Shown piece by piece: positions 57,438-64,000 of a DNA stretch of 64,000 nt. The position numbers and the translations under genes were made by a program. The DNA lies in the NCBI GenBank assembly GCA_030295235.1, contig AP026162.1, positions 1,364,001 to 1,428,000 of the forward strand, read 5' to 3'. A model generated the notes under the pieces. It made no database searches. It was not told the DNA's origin and was given only the letters and a program-made list of their open reading frames with translations. This DNA comes from Fistulifera solaris (lineage: Eukaryota). Every line of letters begins with the position of its first letter. The first letter of the stretch is position 1.

Positions 57438-59046
57438 ATGAGTATGTGGAAAACAGCCAGCGTGTTTGACAATGGCGACCGGCGCAATAACCTTTTGCAA
57501 AGCAGTCGATTGCGTGCCCCCAAAGGCAGCCCCAACGGCGGAGCGAAACGTCGACGAAGCTTACAAGAAGATGCCATGGGATGGTTTGCTCGATATTATC
57601 ATTGGTTTATTCTATCTGTCTTGTTGACGTTTATTACTTTGCACTGGCTTTTGGAACTCGAAAAGAGTTTAGCCAACAATGAATCCTTACCGGAAGTTTT
57701 CATGTCGCCTCCTCCGCGTGTCGAACCTTTGACACACGGATCTGTCTCTGCATTTGGAAGAAAGTACAATCCGAATGTTTTGTTAGATCAAGATACTATT
57801 GGAAAGAAATCTCAAAAGAAAGAATTGTCAGCGTCTTCGAATCAGGTATCGCCTGCGCTGCCGGCCGCGGAACCGTTCATTCCCAATTATACACCCACTG
57901 CATCACGTCCCTTGCGAACTATATTCCTCGGACGCGCTGACGAGAACCACCCCTTCTTCACAACTGCGAGTACGTCGCAGTACTATATTTATGATCAATT
58001 ACTGGATGGTTTGGATCGATCCCCGTTCTTCAAAGTCGTGCAAGCACATTTGTACAATCCACTCGACTGGACCGTTACTTCCAAAGATTTTCATTCCCTG
58101 CCGATCGATGAACCTACTTTGATTGTTGTTGATTGGGCCCCGTTGCAACGAGATTGCCATGTTTTGGATCAAATGCTAGAGGGTCTAAAGCAACTCGCGG
58201 AGCGCGAGAACATATACTTGTTGTACATTGACGTTTCACCCAGTACTAAAACAGTGACATGTCCCGTTCCTTTTATTCCCAAAGAGCGAACACGAGTGGC
58301 GAAACGAGGTATCATCGAAGGTCGTCACTGGAATTCAGCTGGAAAGTGGGTTGAGCCTGGTGCCATTGCTGTTCCAGAGAATGTCTTGCACTTTCCTCAT
58401 TACCTACGACAAGAGTTTGTAGATGTCATGAACACGATGGAAACAAGACGAAAGAACGATATCGCTCACTTCTGGCGCAAGGGAGATTACAGCCATTACA
58501 GTCTTTTGCGACGTCGTGTTGGTCAAATCTTGAAGGACTATGATGGAAAACATACCGACAAGCACTTACGCATCATCATTCGAACCATTGGAGATGAGAC
58601 GTCGCTTCCTTATGACGAGAATAGAACCCGACTACGTCGAGGCTTTATTGTCGACCAGGATCGTTGTCATTGCTCAAAGAGATGAATGGGAAGATCATTA
58701 TCGACTAATGGAATCGCTGGCAGGAGGAGCTTTGGTTTTATCCGATGCGATGTTGGCACCACCTCCTGGTTTGCAGAACGGCACGCACTTGGTCTTTTAT
58801 GACTCATCCAGCTCATTGCGCAGTTTGTTGGACTATTACACCACGCACGCCGAGGAACGAGATGCCATTGCGGCAAACGGTCAAGCGTATGCTCTCGGTA
58901 CGCAGCGTTCATGGCATGCCTTAGAGCGTGTCGTATTCGGTGCAGTATTGACTCAAGTGGAATCTATAGAAGATGAAGCACCGAAACGAAAACATCCCTT
59001 CCACACTCATATTCACCACCACGATGATGACAACGAAGACTTGTAG
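57438..59046 (+). CDS. Type II membrane glycosyltransferase (Glyco_trans_1_2/CgeB-like C-terminus)
   Basis: N-terminal TM helix. C-terminal 'YVEALLSTRIVVIAQRDEWEDHYRLMESLAGGALVLSD..LVFYDS..LDYY..ERDAIAANG'. Frameshift at about 58620. Confidence 0.78.
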
Positions 59047-59173
59047 AAATTAACTACGGTTACTATGATCTAAGCAAAGTCAATTATAACTTTAACGCAA
59101 TTTCGACTTTCAATGTTGCTTTGAGAAGCGCATCGCCGCCCTGATACAGAATGGAAAGATCATTTTTTCGTTT

Positions 59174-60615
59174 CAGCTTTTCCGGATTGCCCACAGAGTT
59201 GCTGTAGGACCAATAATCCCGATTCCAGAAATTCTGGAACATAGACAGGATTTCTGTGTGACCCAAAAAACATCGATTGATTCCAGAAATTCTGGAATCG
59301 TGCACAAAATCTATGTGTAACGCAAAACAACGATACCAAAATACCTGGATGACACACAGGACGTTAGATGGATGCAGCACACCGATTCCAGACTTTCTGG
59401 AACGTCAACACAATCTTTCTGTGGCCGAAAATTGAAAATTCCAGAATTTCTGGAATGCACGAAAAATCTCCGGGTGATGCAAAACATCCATTTCAGGACT
59501 TTTGGAACCTATGGATAATATCTGTGTGATATCGAACACCGGTTGCAGCTTTTCCGGATTGCCCACAGAGTTGCTGTAGGACCAATAATCCCGATTCCAG
59601 AAATTCTGGAACATAGACAGGATTTCTGTGTGACCCAAAAACATCGATTGATTCCAGAAATTCTGGAATCGTGCACAAAATCTATGTGTAACGCAAAACG
59701 ACGATACCAAAATACCTGGATGACACACAGGACGTTAGATGGATGCAGCACACCGATTCCAGACTTTCTGGAACGTCAACACAATCTTTCTGTGGCCGAA
59801 AATTGAAAATTCCAGAATTTCTGGAATGCACGAAAAATCTCCGGGTGATGCAAAACATCCATTTCAGGACTTTTGGAACCTATGGATAATATCTGTGTGA
59901 TATCGAACACCGGTTGCAGCTTTTCCGGATTGCCCACAGAGTTGCTGTAGGACCAATAATCCCGATTCCAGAAATTCTGGAACATAGACAGGATTTCTGT
60001 GTGACCCAAAAAAACATCGATTGATTCCAGAAATTCTGGAATCGTGCACAAAAATCTATGTGTAACGCAAAACGACGATACCAAAATACCTGGATGACAC
60101 ACAGGACGTTAGATGGATGCAGCACACCGATTCCAGACTTTCTGGAACGTCAACACAATCTTTCTGTGGCCGAAAATTGAAAATTCCAGAATTTCTGGAA
60201 TGCACGAAAAATCTCCGGGTGATGCAAAACATCCATTTCAGGACTTTTGGAACCTATGGATAATATCTGTGTGATATCGAACACCGGTTGCTGCTTTTCC
60301 GGATTGCCCACAGAGTTGCTGTAGGACCAATAATCCCGATTCCAGAAATTCTGGAACATAGACAGGATTTCTGTGTGACCCAAAAAACATCGATTGATTC
60401 CAGAGTTCTGGAATCTTGCACAAAAATCTATGTGTAACGCAAAACAACGATACCAGAATATCTTCAGGGCACCCAGGACGTCGGATGGATGCAGAGCACC
60501 TCAACTCAACGTATCCAGAAACTCCGGCAGTCTAATGAATTTTCTCGTTCTGGTAAGTACACAGAGTTTCTGTATGTTGCAACAATAGAACTTTTCCAGA
60601 ATTTCTGGAACACCA
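59174..60615. repeat. Higher-order tandem repeat: about 3.6 copies of a 371-374-bp unit, each made of 7 diverged ~53-bp palindrome-bearing monomers
   Basis: Unit starts at 59174, 59546, 59917 and 60291. Monomers begin GATTCCAGAAATTCTGGAA or variants, and degenerate monomers continue to about 60615. Confidence 0.95.
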
Positions 60616-60743
60616 CATACCTTGTGATGCCGCGTGGAACTGCTTTTTTCATCAACATTGGATCCGAGACGCGATGTCAAACATTACTAGTAATCAGTGA
60701 ATAGTCGATTGCAAACATCAAATAACAAACTTCTCTTTTATAC

Positions 60744-63056
60744 ATGGGTCGAGTGATTAGTTTAGTAACGCTTTCCGTCGCCGCGCTTGCGGGCACGGAA
60801 GGATACAGCGACAATTCCCGTCCGGCAGCCTTTTTCCACCGTATGGTCACAGAGGAAGAGCGCAGTGCGACGATAGAACTAGCGTTGCGAAAATTGGGTG
60901 TCACGAAGTCGCATAGAAGCTACGAACGGCAACAATTCACACGAAACATTCTTTCGAAGTTGCCTCGCGGAGGATATCAAGACAGTGAAACAACCGACAA
61001 TGTTGATACGGAACAAGGTGGATTATCTCTGGAACAAAAAGTTCATAGAGCCATGCAGAAACTTGGAATTTCACCACCCGTGCCTCCTCCGCCATCGGAG
61101 ATAGCAACAGAAGACGATAATTGTGTGGATGGAGTTTGTTCGATCCCTGATGCAAAGACTGACGCCCCTTCGACGGAACCTCCACCCGATCCTCGCGAAT
61201 TGGCGGAATCCATATCCAAGGAACTGAACGTCGATGTTTCATTGGTATGGGCAGCACTAGCGGCAACATCCACGGGGTCGTCCGATGAACAGCGTGTTTA
61301 CAATGTTCAAGAGGCTCGTGAAATGATACAACAAGAACTCGACATTATTAGTCAGGTATCCGAGGATGCGGATGCCGTCAAGCAGCTCACCGCGGAAGGG
61401 TTTAGTCCATTTTTGAGTCGTCGTGCTTTGGCTTTTGCTGAAATGGACTTGGATAATGCGAGGGCAATTTTACTGGCGGACCAGGAAGATGAAGAGACGA
61501 ATCAAGAAGCGACGCAACCTGTGTCGGCCTTCAAGACGGTAGCCGTCAATACAGATTTTGATCCGACCAAGATGGATGCACAGGGATCACAAAAACCGCG
61601 AGAGCCGACACCGGCAAAGAAGTCGGACGTTATTTTTGAAGCTACTGCATCGCAAATACAGGAACTTGTGCTGGAATCCCCCGTGCCAGTTTTACTAGAC
61701 GTCTATGCTGATTGGTGCGGACCGTGCAAGGCACTCACACCTGTATTGGAGGAAATGGCTATCAAATCAGGTGGGGCTTTTCGTCTCGTAAAAGTCAACT
61801 CAGACAATGAAAGGTCCATTGCGAGTGGCGCGCTCCAAGTATCGGCTTTACCTACTGTGTTCGGAATATCGGGAGGGAAGATTCGTCACCGCTTTCAGGG
61901 TATGCCTCGCAGCCAAGAAGTATTCCAAAATTTTATGATGGGGCTACTAGTACCTGGGCAGGCTTTTGATCCCCCCGTCACACCAGCAGAGCAGAAGGAA
62001 TACAATGAACTATCCGCGAAATTATTGCAGGCTGCTGGAGGCGCCAGCTTTTCATTCGGGTCCAGAGAACGTCTTCAAGACCGTGTTGTTGCGCGATTGG
62101 GAGATCTTATCCAACAAGCGGATGGGGATATTTTGGAAGCGGAAGGTTCCGCACAAACAGTGCGATCTTTGCTTTCCAAGGTGATTCAGAATCCCATGGA
62201 AACGAAGTATCGCACAGTCAAGCTCACAAACAAAGTGATTGCCGCGAAAGTAAGCAAATACAAAGCTGCTTTGTCAATCTTAAAAAGTGCTGGTTTTCAA
62301 GATAACGGTGACGTTATGGTACTTGGTGCAGGTAAAAACATTATCAACGTCGCTCCTCTGATATGTGCTCGGGACTGCATTGATAAATGGATTAGTGAGA
62401 AAAGATATGAAGTAGCGAAAGCGACTCGTAAGCGCCAAGATGAGGAAGCACGGCAAAAGCTGTTAGCTGAGAAGTTGGAGAGGAATCAGGATGAGGAAGA
62501 AGATGTTGAAGATGAAGAAGAAACTGTTGTCGATCCCAATGCTTGCACATTGAAGGTACGGATGGAAGGCAAAAGAAAGTCCACTCTCTTGATTTCCATG
62601 GAGATGACCCGTTGAGCTCCATTCTTGAAAAAGTCTTTTTGTCCACCGATTCACATTTGGGACAAGACGTTCAAATCACATGCGTCGCTAAGAAATTGAT
62701 TGTCAAATCGTCGGATGCAGTATCCATGTCCAAATCACTGCGCTCGCTTGGGCTCATGCCGTCTGCTTCAATCGTGTTAAGCGTTGTTTCGGACAAGAAA
62801 GAAACGTCCACAAGCAATCTTGCAGAACGGGCTGCAGCAAAGAAGAAAAAAGAGAAGAGGAAGCCATACAATGCAAAGCGTGGGCATATATGCAAAGGAT
62901 GATCATCTCAAAGGCGAGCTTGTTGACGGAGGTGGCGGAGTGCTGTATGAGCAGGATGTAACCGACGATGAGGAAGAAATCGATGAAAAGCAGGACACAG
63001 ACATTGACGAGGCACCAAAAGAAGAAGACGGAGCGTCAGAAGAAGATACGGAGTAA
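60744..63056 (+). CDS. Signal-peptide-bearing UBA-thioredoxin-PUB-UBX-like protein, probably the periplastid SELMA Cdc48 cofactor sPUB
   Basis: Signal peptide, 'LPRGG', UBA ('LTAEGFSPFLSRRALAFAEMDLDNA'), thioredoxin WCGPC, PUB ('VIQNPMETKYRTVKLTN..LKSAGF') and a ubiquitin-like end ('SLRSLGLMPSASI'). Two frameshifts in A runs. Confidence 0.8.
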
Positions 63057-63144
63057 CTTGCTAATTATCAATCAATAAGAACTATGTCTCATGTACAAAG
63101 TATGAAACGAAGTAGACTTTTGAAGGAACGAAATCAGCTCAGAC

Positions 63145-64000
63145 TCATTCTGCGACACGGCGGACTAGCCCGCCCGAAGATAGATCCATCTCAGGCTGTA
63201 CTAATGCTTGCAAAGCACGTTTCAAGCACCCGATGTTGTAATTGATCAGTCCTTTGCGACGAAAGTTTTCTGATCGAGTGATGCACACCAAAGCAAGCAT
63301 TGTATCCACTTCTTTTAAATAGAGCACCTAAAGAGAAACATAGTTGTTCAGTGAGAATATACATTTGGAAATGGTAATGACATGTCGTCGACAAAAGATA
63401 GCTTTACCTACCATTCCGTTACTCAGTCGGATCACACTAGCACTTTCGCTATCGTAGGCTGAATCTTGATCGACAATCTCTTCCTCCAAATCTTCTGCGG
63501 GGACTTCACTCGTCAAAGTATCTGCTGCCACTGCAAAACTTTCGGACTTATCTTTGCCTTTGGCGGCGTTTGCTGCTGCTCTTATAGCTTCATGCGATGG
63601 CCCAAGCCCATAGATACCGCTTACATCCAGAACAACATCGATCATGTCAGAGCAGAGCTCCACTGAGTTGAAAAACAAAACGTTGAGAACCTGTTTAAAT
63701 GAAAATACTAAAGTCCTCCGATGTTGTCTTACCACTCTGCATATCTGCTGGTCCAGTATCTGTACTGATGTAAAGCTTTGACACAACTGAAAGAGAACCC
63801 AAACTGGTCAGCAACTCGAGCAAAGTAAAGTAATGCACATCCATCCAGCAACTCACCATCAAATAAATAGGCCTTCTCCATCGAACATGTCGACACCATG
63901 ACGTTCAGAAGGTTCTCCAAAGTGGGTAGTTGCGGAATGAGTCGCTGCACAACGCGACTCAGCGCTTCGTAAATAGAATGGTCGTAAATACTTGTCAAAT
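63145..64000 (-). CDS. RRAGC: Rag C/D (Gtr2) small GTPase, 3' part
   Basis: '[32 protein letters not shown]', '[18 protein letters not shown]', '[26 protein letters not shown]'. Confidence 0.92.

Noticed and set aside
59084..60588. Repetitive short ORFs (FQNFWN...) in the satellite
   Set aside because: Unit lengths of 371-374 bp do not preserve frame, so these are translation by-products of the repeat.
59174..60615. CRISPR array
   Set aside because: The 'spacers' are homologous to each other and recur every ~372 bp, no cas genes are present, and the context is eukaryotic.
9503..63056. Pseudogenes or programmed ribosomal frameshifting
   Set aside because: Indels sit in homopolymers, go in both directions and hit essential genes without nonsense mutations. 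Sequencing error is the simpler explanation.
30641..64000. Functional cluster for ribosome biogenesis and TOR signalling (LTV1, DDX27, RPL31, Rag)
   Set aside because: The genes are interspersed with unrelated ones, as expected by chance in a gene-dense genome.

Overview
Compact eukaryotic nuclear DNA with short GT-AG introns. Bipartite ASAF-type plastid presequences and a SELMA-type PUB/thioredoxin protein point to a diatom, probably pennate (inference). About 27 protein genes are supported, including a dynein light intermediate chain, a full-size ABCG/PDR transporter, LSM3, two C2-domain paralogues, ERGIC, a TEX264-like protein, NRT2, CRAL-TRIO, TRAPPC11, LTV1, PIG-O, DRS1/DDX27, a head-to-head pair of plastid EXECUTER-like (DUF3506) genes, an MDR oxidoreductase, plastid DHQase-shikimate dehydrogenase, RPL31, WEE1, a plastid DnaJ protein, a glycosyltransferase, sPUB and RagC/D. 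Many genes carry 1-nt indels in homopolymers, most likely long-read assembly errors. The most unexplained signal is non-coding. (i) A diverged ~220-bp repeat unit built from short palindromes (anchor TTGATTCATGACTRAAATGCAGTCGTGG) recurs as same-orientation mini-arrays at about 16, 30, 42 and 52 kb. (ii) A higher-order satellite of 7 x ~53 bp (~372 bp) palindromic monomers lies at 59.2-60.6 kb. (iii) A ~33-bp array at 6.0-6.3 kb shares a core with (ii). No transposase, Cas, rRNA or tRNA genes were recognised. All family calls come from motif recognition by eye, not database searches.
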